Part shown: positions 47,757-57,166 of the stretch, in pieces | Numbering within the stretch: position 1 is the first letter of the stretch | Layout: each line of letters begins with the position of its first letter | Source of the DNA: Deltaproteobacteria bacterium | Lineage (GTDB): Bacteria; Myxococcota_A; Polyangia; GCA-2747355 | DNA: 64,000 nucleotides | Direction of reading: 5' to 3' | Assembly: GCA_020633415.1 (NCBI GenBank) | Contig: JACKDQ010000002.1 | Span: forward strand, 134,945-198,944 | The notes under the pieces: model-generated | Seen by the model: only the letters and a program-made list of their open reading frames with translations | Told to the model about the DNA's origin: nothing | Database searches by the model: none | Translations under genes and position numbers: made by a program

Positions 47757-48569
47757 ATGTTCCGACAGCCGCGCATCCGGCAGGCTCAACTGGGCCTAAT
47801 CGCGCTCACCACCCTGCTGTGCGTTGCCCGTGCCGACGCGCGCCCGCTGCATCGCGCGCGAGACATAGTGCTCAGACAATCGCTGATGCCCCGCGGCGTC
47901 CATCGCCCCAGCGCCTTCTCGGCGCCACTCGCACGCCAGCTGGCGCGGAGCCGTAGATACCGCGAGGGCGCGCCGCGTCGGCTTGCGTTAGCCGTTAAAG
48001 CCAACGTGCAGCGCGCCAAACAGCGCTGGCAAGCCAGCCGAACCTACGCGCTTTACCGACGCGCTTCTGACCACACCGAACGCCTGTTCTTGCGCTTTGG
48101 CGACCTGCTCACCGAACGCGCCGACCGCTACGAAGGCAAACTACCCGCGCGACTCGCCCGCTCGTTTCACGGGCTGCGTCAATTCAACCCGCTGACCATC
48201 GTCTCGTTCGCCCTTCGCGAGGTAAAGAAGGACCCCAAGGCGCTGCTCTATTGGGCACTGACGACGCGCGCATTGACCTACACCAGCATCCCACTGACGA
48301 TGGGGGTCCTCGGCTGGTCCTTCGGACTGGCCTATGGCATGAGCTATTCCTACGACGTGCTCTGCGCGATCGGTGTGCTCGCGGCCAGCGAAGGACGGCG
48401 CGCCGGCGGCTTCTTCAAGGGCCTCGCCGTGGTCCGCAAGCAATTTCGCCACTTCGTCCGCGAGCGCCGCGCCGCTGCAAGGGCGCGCAACGCCGCCCGC
48501 GACGCTCGGCGCGCCCCCGCCCTGCAGCTTGACGAGCAAGCGAGCGCCGGGGCTAATATGCGCCCATGA
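47757..48569 (+). CDS. basic membrane-associated hypothetical protein
   Basis: Signal-like N-terminus MFRQPRIRQAQLGLIALTTLLCVARADA. Two hydrophobic segments. ATGA overlap with the next gene. Confidence 0.6.
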   Translation: MFRQPRIRQAQLGLIALTTLLCVARADARPLHRARDIVLRQSLMPRGVHRPSAFSAPLARQLARSRRYREGAPRRLALAVKANVQRAKQRWQASRTYALYRRASDHTERLFLRFGDLLTERADRYEGKLPARLARSFHGLRQFNPLTIVSFALREVKKDPKALLYWALTTRALTYTSIPLTMGVLGWSFGLAYGMSYSYDVLCAIGVLAASEGRRAGGFFKGLAVVRKQFRHFVRERRAAARARNAARDARRAPALQLDEQASAGANMRP

Positions 48570-49180
48570 TCATCGAACTCGACGCGCTTTCGCCGAACCA
48601 GATCTATCATATGCTCACCCAAGCGGTAATTCCCCGACCGATCGCTTGGGTGCTCAGCGAGAACGCCGACCAGAGCTTCAACCTGGCGCCTTTTTCCTAC
48701 TTTAACGCTATCGCCAGCGCTCCACCGCTGGTGCTGCTCTCGCTCGGCAAACGCCCCGACGGCACACCCAAAGATACCCGAGCCAATATCGAGGCCCGCC
48801 AAGACTACGTGATCCACATCGCCGACGGTACGCAGCTCGAACCCCTGAACCAAAGCGCAGCCAGCCTAGCGCCCGGCCAATCCGAAGTGGACGAGCTCGG
48901 CTTGCAGACCGTCGAATTCCCTGGTTCGCGTCTACCACGACTCGCCAACGCGCCCATCGCGCTGGCTTGTCGGCTCTACAAACTGATCGAAATCGGCGAT
49001 GTACCCCAAACGCTGATCATTGGCCAAGTTGACCGCCTCTACGTCAGCGACGACGCCGCAAAGAGCGACGCCAAAGGCCGTTTGAGCATCGACGCGAAGG
49101 TCGTCGATCCGTTGGCTCGGCTCGGTGCACGTGAATATGCGGCGTTTGGCGAAGTGATCGTCAAGGCTCGACCGAGTTAG
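48566..49180 (+). CDS. flavin reductase-like FMN-binding protein
   Basis: NLAPFSYFNAIASAPPLV segment typical of the flavin-reductase split-barrel family. Confidence 0.8.
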   Translation: MIIELDALSPNQIYHMLTQAVIPRPIAWVLSENADQSFNLAPFSYFNAIASAPPLVLLSLGKRPDGTPKDTRANIEARQDYVIHIADGTQLEPLNQSAASLAPGQSEVDELGLQTVEFPGSRLPRLANAPIALACRLYKLIEIGDVPQTLIIGQVDRLYVSDDAAKSDAKGRLSIDAKVVDPLARLGAREYAAFGEVIVKARPS

Positions 49181-49210
49181 GCCCGCCGAATCGCGCTGCA
49201 ACACCCTGCC

Positions 49211-49963
49211 ATGAATCAACACAGCTTTCATCTGCTTTGCTACGGCTGGATCGGCGTCGCACTAGCGAGCTTTGCCTTGTTGCTGCGCGTCGCAGCCCCT
49301 TACGGCCGCCACCATCGCCGAGGCTGGGGACCGTCGATCAACCAGCGCTTGGGCTGGGTGCTGATGGAACTTCCTGCGGTGATCGCGATCGCCGCTTTTG
49401 CCTGGGGCGGTCCGCTTCCCTGGTCGAAGACGACGATCGCGATGCTCGCGCTTTGGCAACTGCACTACCTCAACCGCGCGCTGATCTTCCCGCTACGGAT
49501 CCGCAGCGGCGGCAAACGCACACCTGTCGCGATCATCGGCTCGGCGATCTTTTTCAACGTCGTCAATGGCTTCATCCAAGGACGCCAACTGACCTATTTC
49601 GGCTCGCCCAGCGACGCGCTGCTCGAGCCGACGTTCATCCTCGGCACGGCGCTGTTCCTTTGCGGACTGGCGATCAACCTGCATGCTGACGCGGTCCTCC
49701 GCCAGCTGCGCGGCCCGGGTGAAAACAACTACGCGATCCCTCAAGGTGGCCTCTACCGCTATGTCTCCTGTCCAAACTACCTCGGCGAACTGATCGAATG
49801 GAGCGCTTGGGCGTTACTCAGCCGATCGCTCGCTGGTCTAACCTTCACGATCTGGACAGCGGCAAACCTCGTACCTCGTGCGCTTTCGCACCACCGCTGG
49901 TACCGCGAGCAGTTCGCTGGCTACCCCAAGCAGCGTCGCGCGCTGATCCCCGGGCTGCTCTAA
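49211..49963 (+). CDS. 3-oxo-5-alpha-steroid 4-dehydrogenase (steroid 5-alpha-reductase)-like membrane protein
   Basis: NYLGELIEWSAWALL and C-terminal HHRWYREQFAGYPKQRRALIPGLL closely resemble the SRD5A C-terminal signature. 6-7 TM. Confidence 0.8.
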   Translation: MNQHSFHLLCYGWIGVALASFALLLRVAAPYGRHHRRGWGPSINQRLGWVLMELPAVIAIAAFAWGGPLPWSKTTIAMLALWQLHYLNRALIFPLRIRSGGKRTPVAIIGSAIFFNVVNGFIQGRQLTYFGSPSDALLEPTFILGTALFLCGLAINLHADAVLRQLRGPGENNYAIPQGGLYRYVSCPNYLGELIEWSAWALLSRSLAGLTFTIWTAANLVPRALSHHRWYREQFAGYPKQRRALIPGLL

Positions 49964-49990
49964 CAAGCGGGCGGTCGTCCACCCCGCTGG

Positions 49991-50485
49991 TTAGATCGCC
50001 GCGCCGGGATAGCACGCCACTTCGATAAACGCCCGCCGCTGCTCATCCCAAGCGAAGAGCTTGGCCGCGCTGATCTGGGCGGCATCGATACCCACCACAA
50101 GCTGCTGCACCGGATAAAGCGGGGTGCCCCAGGGGTCGAGTGCCATCCGGCGATCGGTGGCGGAAAAGTAGGCTGCGCCGTTGGTATGGGAATGATAGAC
50201 GACCAGCGCCGGCAACGCGCTGTCGAGCGAGCCACAGAACGCCAGCAGATCGCCACCTTCGATCGCGTAAGCCTGCTCGACGCCGCGCCCCCCCAGGGGC
50301 CGATGCGCGGCCCGCTGTGCGTTGTTCGCCGGTCGAATCCCCTGCGCACGGTTGGGCGCTCGCTGACCGATCAGCCATCCGCAGCACTCGCTCGGAAAGG
50401 CCAAGCGCGCCTGACGATAGACCTCAAGCAACAGATCGCGACGGATATCGACGGGAGGATCAGCCACTACCGAGCCTTTTATCAC
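49991..50485 (-). CDS. JAMM/MPN+ metalloprotease-domain protein
   Basis: Glu in FPSECCGW plus HSHTNGAAYFSATD (HxHx7Sx2D). Confidence 0.8.
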   Translation of the reverse strand: MIKGSVVADPPVDIRRDLLLEVYRQARLAFPSECCGWLIGQRAPNRAQGIRPANNAQRAAHRPLGGRGVEQAYAIEGGDLLAFCGSLDSALPALVVYHSHTNGAAYFSATDRRMALDPWGTPLYPVQQLVVGIDAAQISAAKLFAWDEQRRAFIEVACYPGAAI

Positions 50486-50503
50486 CGAAGCGACAGCCGA
50501 GCG

Positions 50504-51946
50504 CTAGCGCAAAAGCAACCAGGCCAGCACAGCCAGCACCGCGGCCGCTGCGGCGATCGATCGCCACGGAACACGTCGGCGGGGCGACGAGACCTCGGCG
50601 GCGTCCAACGGAGCCGATGCAGCAGCCGGCAGTTGGTGGGCCGGCTCGAGCGCCTCGACCACCGTCGTCGGTGTAACGATCCCTCCGGGCATCAGCTCGC
50701 GCGAAAGGAGTCCCGACTCGCCACTGGTCGGAGCCTTCATCACTTCGGGTAGATCGACAACCTGGGTTGGAATGCGCGACTCGTCGGAATCGGGCCTGAT
50801 CGAGCGCTCCTCGGCAACAACCGCCTCGCCTTGCTGGGAAGCGGCCGACTGCCTGCAATAGCGAGCGAACACTTTGCGCTGGCCGCAGGTCTTCAGCGCC
50901 TCCGCCAACTCATCCATCGACTGAAAACGATCCGCCGGATCTTTTGCCAGGCAACGCAGCACGATTTCGTCTGTGCGCTGGTCGACGTCGCCCGAATAGA
51001 CGCTGGGCGGCGTCGGATCCTCCTTGATGTGGGCATTGAGGATGTGAAGCAGCGTACTTCCATCAAACGGCAGGCGCCCGGTCAGCATCTCGTAGCAAAG
51101 CACGCCAAGCGAGTAGACGTCGGAGCGCGCGTCAGCGGGCCGCGCCTCCGCCTGCTCGGGCGAGAGATAACATGGCGTACCGACGACCACACCGGTCCTG
51201 GTACGCTCGCTAAGGGTCAGGTCATCGGTGCACTTGGCGATACCAAAGTCCAGCACCTTAACCCGATCGAAGCTGCCCTCTTTCTCCGGCTCTTGCCATT
51301 GACCGTCGATCGCTTGGCAGACCATCCGCCGCCCTGGCTGAGCGACCAGCATCACGTTGCCGGGTTTGAGATCGCGATGGATCACCTGAGCCCGATGGGC
51401 CGCCGCCAACGCGCGCGCCGTCTGATAGGCGATATTGCACATCGCCTCGAATACACTGAGCTTGCCCTGGCGGGTGATCCGCTGCTCGACGCTCTCGCCG
51501 TCGATCAACTCCATCGAGATGTACGTCAATCCCTGATGGATGCCGCTGTCGATCACACGAACGATTCCCTCGTGCTTGATGCGACTAGCAGCGTCGGCCT
51601 CGCGCATGAATTTGCGCACCAGCTGCTCTTTCAGCGCCAGCTCTTCGTGAAGCACCTTGATCGCGATCGTCTCATCGCTCTCCAGGCTTCGCCCGCGGTA
51701 AACCGTGCCCATTCCGCCGGTGCCCAGCACCGCTTCGAGCAGGTAACCGTTAAAATCCGTCTGCAGGCGGGCCAGCGCCTTGCTGGTACAAAGCTGGGCA
51801 CCGTCGTGAGGGCAGCGATAGCGTCCTTGAGCGCCCCGACCGCAACGGGGACAAATCAATCGATAACGCGTAGTTGGAACGTAGTCCTCAAAGCCGCTAC
51901 CGGTGGACTCGCCGAACATTGCCCTGACAATCGTCGAGTTTGCCAA
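50504..51946 (-). CDS. Ser/Thr protein kinase: N-terminal zinc-ribbon, C-terminal tail anchor
   Basis: CPRCG...CPHDG. GTGGMGTVYRG, AIKVL, HRDLKPGNVML, DFGIAK. Terminal hydrophobic AAAAAVLAVLAWLLL. Confidence 0.9.
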   Translation of the reverse strand: MANSTIVRAMFGESTGSGFEDYVPTTRYRLICPRCGRGAQGRYRCPHDGAQLCTSKALARLQTDFNGYLLEAVLGTGGMGTVYRGRSLESDETIAIKVLHEELALKEQLVRKFMREADAASRIKHEGIVRVIDSGIHQGLTYISMELIDGESVEQRITRQGKLSVFEAMCNIAYQTARALAAAHRAQVIHRDLKPGNVMLVAQPGRRMVCQAIDGQWQEPEKEGSFDRVKVLDFGIAKCTDDLTLSERTRTGVVVGTPCYLSPEQAEARPADARSDVYSLGVLCYEMLTGRLPFDGSTLLHILNAHIKEDPTPPSVYSGDVDQRTDEIVLRCLAKDPADRFQSMDELAEALKTCGQRKVFARYCRQSAASQQGEAVVAEERSIRPDSDESRIPTQVVDLPEVMKAPTSGESGLLSRELMPGGIVTPTTVVEALEPAHQLPAAASAPLDAAEVSSPRRRVPWRSIAAAAAVLAVLAWLLLR

Positions 51947-52019
51947 AACATTTAGTGATTTCTCGCACCTCCGGCAAAATCACAAGCGGCCGCCGAAGGG
52001 CCAGCGACGATCGAACGGG

Positions 52020-54176
52020 CTAGTTTTGCGGCTCGTCAAAGAACAACGGCTCGCGGTGCTTGATGAACTCTTTGAGCACACCCTCGACGTCGGGCGAAAG
52101 CGCGACAAACTCGACCCCGACGCCGGCAGCCCATTGCGGAGCAGCAGGGTTAGGCTCACGTCGCCAGCGGACGCGGGCCGGGACGACGAAACGCGTCCGC
52201 CCACCGGGAAGCGAGAAAGCGACGTCTAGCTCAGTGCCAATCGCGGGTCCATCGGCCGTGGCCACGAACAGACCGCCGCAGCCGATGTTCTGGGAGAACC
52301 CCAAGTAAAAGTTGTGCTCGGTGAAGTAGTCCACGTCGACTTCAAGGCGCACGCGAGCCGTGTGCCGACGCTCGCCACTTGACGAAGTTTTCGAATCGCC
52401 TCGCCCAACAACCAACCTCGCACCCTGTTCGCGCTGCAGCGTCGGTGTATTCGCGCGCCCAAGCTGGGCGTTGCGTAGGTCTGCAGCATACATCGCCGCG
52501 CCAACGACGACGGCCCGCTTGGGATGGACCACCGCCCGCGGAGCACGGCCAAAGAACTGGCCGACAGCGTGGCGAAGCGCCGGCAGACTGCAGCTACCAC
52601 CAGCGAGATACACCGCATCGAGATCTTCGACGTTCAGCGCAGCATCGCGAAGCACAGTGCGACAAATACCAAGCGCGCGCTCGATCAGGCCCTTGGACAA
52701 GTCGTCAAGTCGTTGTTTGGAAACCGTCCAACTCAGCGACCGCGGCTGATCGCTACCAAGACACACATCACTGAGCGACAAGCGAACCTCGTTTTCCATC
52801 GACAGAGCGCACTTGGCCCGTTCGGCTTCAAGCAGCAGGCGCTGCCAGATCGCGATCTGGTTACGCAAGTCAACCGCTGAGTGCTCAACGAACACAGCGG
52901 CAGCAGCGTCAGCGAGCGCGGCGTCCAAGTCGTCGCCGCCCAACCAAACGTCACCCGCCGTGGCGATCACGCTGTAGTCCGCACGAGTCACATCGATCAC
53001 GCTGAACTCAAACGTCCCACCGCCAAAATCGAACACAGCGACCGTCTTCTGCTCACTCAGCTCGCCGCGCTGGGCGATCGCAGCAGCGGTCGGCTGATCG
53101 ATCAATTCGCGAACCTCTAGACCGACCATTTTCGCCGCTGCGCGCAAAGCGTCGCAGCCTCCGTGCGGGAAGCTCACCGGTACGGCCAATACCGCCTCTG
53201 AAATCTCGACGCCCAGCTGCTGCTCGGCGATGAATTTAATCTGCCCCAAGATCGGCGCGCAGAGCTGCGGAATCGCGTAGTGGCGGCCGTCGACTTCGAT
53301 CAGGATCTCCCCGGCGGCCCCACGAACGCTCGGCGCGGCAATCGTTGCCAAATACGCCTGAATCGCCGGGTCATCGAAAGACCGCCCGAGCAGGCGCAGC
53401 GGGCTGGGGACGACGCGATCCGGTTGTCGCGCCGACAAATCCCGTGCCGGCTGTCCGGTGATCACGCCGTTTCGGACAAAGCCGACCGCGGAGGGAATAC
53501 TCCAATCACGGCTGGTGAGCTTGATCACGCGTGATTGGCTGCCGATCACCACCGCCACCGAAGATCTGGCGGTACCGAAGTCGATCGCGATCAGTGGCGG
53601 GCGAACCGAGCTCCATTTGAGCGGAGACTGAAACGCCCGAACGGTATCTTCACTCTCGCTCAATGCATGTCCCGCCGTGAGATCTTCGACTTCGTCGAAG
53701 CGCAGCAGGCCCTCAAAGTCTGCATAGCGACGCGTCGGTAGCGTGACGCTCACGCTCTGCTCGTCGATCGCGAACAACTGACTCTCACCGAACCCAGGCG
53801 AGTAAAACGGCTGTTTCGCCGGGACGGCCTCGCAGCCCTTGGCCGCCCGATCGATCAACGCCTGGTATGACGCAATGCGCTGCGCCGTCGCCGCGTCCAA
53901 TTCCACGCCCACACCGCGTGGCTCCTCGCTCTGGATGTGAACCACCCGCCCCTTTAGCGGCAAGCGATCACCGTCGGGCAGCGTCAGCGTGATCGAAACG
54001 CGCTCACCCACAGGCAATGGTTCGCCACACGGCACGAACAAGCCACCCCGCCCGACGTTTGCCGAAAACAGCTCTCGCGCCTGCTGCCAATCGACACAGC
54101 TCAGGCTTAGCGGCACGCGCAAAGGAAACCGGGCAAAGTTCCGTCGCCGCTTCCCACGGGGGGGATGCTCGCTCAT
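52020..54176 (-). CDS. PilZ - Hsp70/actin-fold nucleotide-binding domain - PilZ protein (no substrate-binding domain)
   Basis: N-terminal RNFAR...NVGRGGLFV and C-terminal RHTAR...NIGCGGLFV (PilZ RxxxR / (D/N)xGxxG). Central IAIDFGTARSSVAV, VFDFGGGTFEFSV and YLAGGSCSLP are Hsp70 NBD phosphate/adenosine motifs. Confidence 0.85.
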   Translation of the reverse strand: MSEHPPRGKRRRNFARFPLRVPLSLSCVDWQQARELFSANVGRGGLFVPCGEPLPVGERVSITLTLPDGDRLPLKGRVVHIQSEEPRGVGVELDAATAQRIASYQALIDRAAKGCEAVPAKQPFYSPGFGESQLFAIDEQSVSVTLPTRRYADFEGLLRFDEVEDLTAGHALSESEDTVRAFQSPLKWSSVRPPLIAIDFGTARSSVAVVIGSQSRVIKLTSRDWSIPSAVGFVRNGVITGQPARDLSARQPDRVVPSPLRLLGRSFDDPAIQAYLATIAAPSVRGAAGEILIEVDGRHYAIPQLCAPILGQIKFIAEQQLGVEISEAVLAVPVSFPHGGCDALRAAAKMVGLEVRELIDQPTAAAIAQRGELSEQKTVAVFDFGGGTFEFSVIDVTRADYSVIATAGDVWLGGDDLDAALADAAAAVFVEHSAVDLRNQIAIWQRLLLEAERAKCALSMENEVRLSLSDVCLGSDQPRSLSWTVSKQRLDDLSKGLIERALGICRTVLRDAALNVEDLDAVYLAGGSCSLPALRHAVGQFFGRAPRAVVHPKRAVVVGAAMYAADLRNAQLGRANTPTLQREQGARLVVGRGDSKTSSSGERRHTARVRLEVDVDYFTEHNFYLGFSQNIGCGGLFVATADGPAIGTELDVAFSLPGGRTRFVVPARVRWRREPNPAAPQWAAGVGVEFVALSPDVEGVLKEFIKHREPLFFDEPQN

Positions 54177-54361
54177 CGTACGCGCTCCGTCGCTTTGGCG
54201 ATAATAGCATCCTTCGACCGGCGGATCGGCCGGCGCCCGCGACGTTTGTCAAAAGGCGCTGGCGCTAGCGATTGGATTTGGCATCAGTAGCAGCTAGGTC
54301 CTTACCTCGACGCCGCTTCGCTGGTACCCTGAAGGTATTCGCCAAAATCGGGGGGCCCACA

Positions 54362-54631
54362 GTGTCAACTGAGTACGACGAGATCGCCAAGATCGCTCGC
54401 GCATCACTGCTGCCAGACTTTTTCGCTGTGCGCATCGATGAAGAGCACTTGTTCGGAAAACTGCAAGAGATGATCGCCAAGATCACCTTACCCAAGCCGG
54501 TACCGCAGCTCGATGCGATCAAACGGATCGCCGCCGCCACAGACAGCGCCGCTGCGTTCATGCAACAGATCAACGAGGCCAATCTCTACACCGTAACCCG
54601 CGAGCTGATCTCGAAGATCAAAGTCGCCTAG
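54362..54631 (+). CDS. small hypothetical protein (about 89 aa; start could be as early as 54272)
   Basis: High GC3 on the + strand, unlike the antisense ORF. A GGGGGG run lies 6-12 nt upstream of GTG 54362. Confidence 0.45.
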   Translation: MSTEYDEIAKIARASLLPDFFAVRIDEEHLFGKLQEMIAKITLPKPVPQLDAIKRIAAATDSAAAFMQQINEANLYTVTRELISKIKVA

Positions 54632-54637
54632 CGACGA

Positions 54638-55873
54638 CTAGCGGCACGACGAGCGCAGCCACCAGGTCTGTTCGGACGCCAGGGCCAAATTGGCCGCGGC
54701 ACTCCGCACCCAACGACTCGGATCGCGCACGGTCACGCTGAGTTTGCTCGCACCTCGCGCATTGTCGCAGCTTAGGCTGAGCTCACTGCCGGCGACGATC
54801 ACCCGACCATCGAGCTTCCATTCGATGATCAACGGCGCTGCCCTGCTATCATCGCTGATCACGTCGTAGCGCGGTCCGCGCAGATCGAGCCGAAATGTCG
54901 TCGGCGAAACACCGATCGGCGTCCGCCGCCACGGTGAAGGCTCCGGTGTGGCCTTGATCAGCGGACCACCGACGCGACGATAGAGTTCAGCGACGAGAAA
55001 CTCGCGGCAAACCACGCAAAACGCCGCCTCAGTGGTATAGCGCATCTTGCAGTGGGCACTCGGCGAATAGGCCCGAGCAGTGTAGTAGCAGCCCGCCTCA
55101 GGCTCGCCCAATGAACCATCCTTTTGCCAAATCGCCCAGCGCGTCGGATCGGTCGAACAATTTGGCTTTGAATCGGCGATCTTCAGCACAGACGCACCGC
55201 GCTGCACGTGCTCGGCAACAACAGCCACGTCGATGTACTCGTCAGCCAAGCCGAAGGCGTGCGCCAGTTCGTGAATGGCGATGCCCGGAGCACTCCCGAT
55301 CGCCGTGATGTAGCGTCCCTTATGATGCGCGCCACCCAGCGGGTCGGCGACATTGAGCAAGACGATCGTCTCGCCGACGTCCCATCCCAAGCCATCGCGC
55401 CAGTGGCGCACCCGACGCTCGTCGCAAACCGCTCGACGGATCGTCATCGCTGAGCAGCCCAAGGGGTTTTGCTCCGGCGCCAAACCCGAACGCGCGGAGA
55501 TCAACGGCACGAAGCGAATGCGCAGCAAGCCACCGTAGCGCGAAAACGGATCGACGATCATCAGCCGGTCGGTGAGCGCCTTCGCCTGTTGACGCAGCAA
55601 TTCCTGCTCGTCGGCTGTATAGCCATCGCCGGTGATGACGATCTCGAGCTTGTTCGGATCAGCAAACTCGCTCAGGTCGAACAGCGTTTCACTGCCCTGC
55701 TGCTCGGCCTTGCCCAACCGATCATCGAGCGGATCGAACAATCCGTTGTACTCCGGGCCGCAACCGACGAGCATCAGTGCGAACGAAACGACGGCCAATC
55801 TGCAGCGACCGCGACGCCTGATCGATACCTGCGCGACGAACTGTCCAACCTCTTTAGCGCCACGCAGCTTCAT
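54638..55873 (-). CDS. M64-like zinc metallopeptidase lipoprotein
   Basis: Lipobox MLVGC. IHELAHAFGLADEY (HExxHxxxGLxDEY, as in the IgA-peptidase M64 family). Confidence 0.75.
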   Translation of the reverse strand: MKLRGAKEVGQFVAQVSIRRRGRCRLAVVSFALMLVGCGPEYNGLFDPLDDRLGKAEQQGSETLFDLSEFADPNKLEIVITGDGYTADEQELLRQQAKALTDRLMIVDPFSRYGGLLRIRFVPLISARSGLAPEQNPLGCSAMTIRRAVCDERRVRHWRDGLGWDVGETIVLLNVADPLGGAHHKGRYITAIGSAPGIAIHELAHAFGLADEYIDVAVVAEHVQRGASVLKIADSKPNCSTDPTRWAIWQKDGSLGEPEAGCYYTARAYSPSAHCKMRYTTEAAFCVVCREFLVAELYRRVGGPLIKATPEPSPWRRTPIGVSPTTFRLDLRGPRYDVISDDSRAAPLIIEWKLDGRVIVAGSELSLSCDNARGASKLSVTVRDPSRWVRSAAANLALASEQTWWLRSSCR

Positions 55874-57036
55874 TTACCGCTCTCCGCCTCAATCAACCGT
55901 CGCGCACCACCATAGATGTCGCGATAGCCGGGATATCTTTGCTCGCTCGGCGCCGTGGGCAACGTCACGCCTTGGCCGAGATCGGCCGCCATCGCCAGCC
56001 GGGTCAGCAGACGCAGCGCGTGGCGCGCAGTCCCGCCCACCAGGCCGAGCTCAACACGGCTCGGCGTGTCGTGGGCGCTGTGTAGATCGAGAACCTCGCC
56101 CAGGTAAAAGACCATCGGAATGCCCGCTCCGGCGAGCGACCAATGATCGCCAGCGGTGTAGAGTCTCGTGCCGGCAAAGCCCGGATAGTCTTTCTGATGG
56201 CCGGCAACAGCACGCGCCATATCGCCCTTGGGAACGATCGCCATGCCGTGACGCCAGGCGAGATTCGCCTGGCTAGTCACCGCATCCACGCCGCCGTGTA
56301 GCGCGATCTGCAGACCCTCGCCGCGACCGATCATGTCGAGATTGATCCCGGCGACGAAGCGCGTGTCGGAAAACTGTCGCGACTGGCGAAGGAACGCTTC
56401 AGCGCCGACCAAGCCGATCTCCTCGGCCGAGGTTACCAAGAAGACGACGTCACGCTTGAGTCCGTTACCGCGACGGCGATCTTTGACAAATCGGCGCTGA
56501 TAACGAGCGAGCGTTTCGGAGATCGCCAGCAAGGCGGCCACACCGCTGGCGTTGTCATTGGCGCCGTAGTAGCGCCGCCCATCGAGCCCCTTCTTCTGCC
56601 GCTCACTCAAACCATCGATGTGAGCGACGACCAACAGCGACTCGTTGGTCGAGCCGTCGCCTTTGGCGACAGCGATCACATTGCGCGTCTCAACCCGTTT
56701 GTCACCAAACGCCTGCTGGACGCGCAAACTCGCGCGCGGCGCGCGGTAAGCAAACGGCGCAAAGAAGCTGCTCGGCCGATCCCCCGCCGGCTGCCAACCT
56801 TGCTCGCGAAAACGCTCCGCAACCCAACGGGTCAGACGAAAAAAGGAGCGCTGCTTTTCCGGATTACGACCGTCGCTCCAGTTGGCGATCCGCTGGAAAT
56901 CGTCAACGAGCGGCGAGCCGACGAGGGCTGGCCGCTTGCGGGCCACAGCGAGGCCGGGCAGCAGCAGCAAGGCCAACACCAGCTGCCATCTTAACCCATC
57001 GGTTAAAGTCGGGCGATATCTGTTCGCGGACCGCAC
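55870..57036 (-). CDS. M28-family aminopeptidase
   Basis: GANDNASGVAALLAI and TSAEEIGLVGA metal-ligand motifs. ATGA overlap with the M64 gene. Confidence 0.85.
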   Translation of the reverse strand: MRSANRYRPTLTDGLRWQLVLALLLLPGLAVARKRPALVGSPLVDDFQRIANWSDGRNPEKQRSFFRLTRWVAERFREQGWQPAGDRPSSFFAPFAYRAPRASLRVQQAFGDKRVETRNVIAVAKGDGSTNESLLVVAHIDGLSERQKKGLDGRRYYGANDNASGVAALLAISETLARYQRRFVKDRRRGNGLKRDVVFLVTSAEEIGLVGAEAFLRQSRQFSDTRFVAGINLDMIGRGEGLQIALHGGVDAVTSQANLAWRHGMAIVPKGDMARAVAGHQKDYPGFAGTRLYTAGDHWSLAGAGIPMVFYLGEVLDLHSAHDTPSRVELGLVGGTARHALRLLTRLAMAADLGQGVTLPTAPSEQRYPGYRDIYGGARRLIEAESGK

Positions 57037-57166
57037 CCGCTGGGTGGGGCAAGATCGGGGCCAGCGGTTGCAGGCCCCGCGCAGCGGTTTCTCACGGTTC
57101 GGCCCGACGAGACTGGCCAGAGTTGCCAGTCTGCTGGCAGCGGCAGCAAAAATTGGGGCGCCCGCG

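Noticed and set aside
50831-51955. 374-aa ORF antisense to the Ser/Thr kinase
   Set aside because: The kinase subdomain motifs (G-loop, HRDLKPGN, DFG) are on the minus strand. The antisense frame has no motifs.
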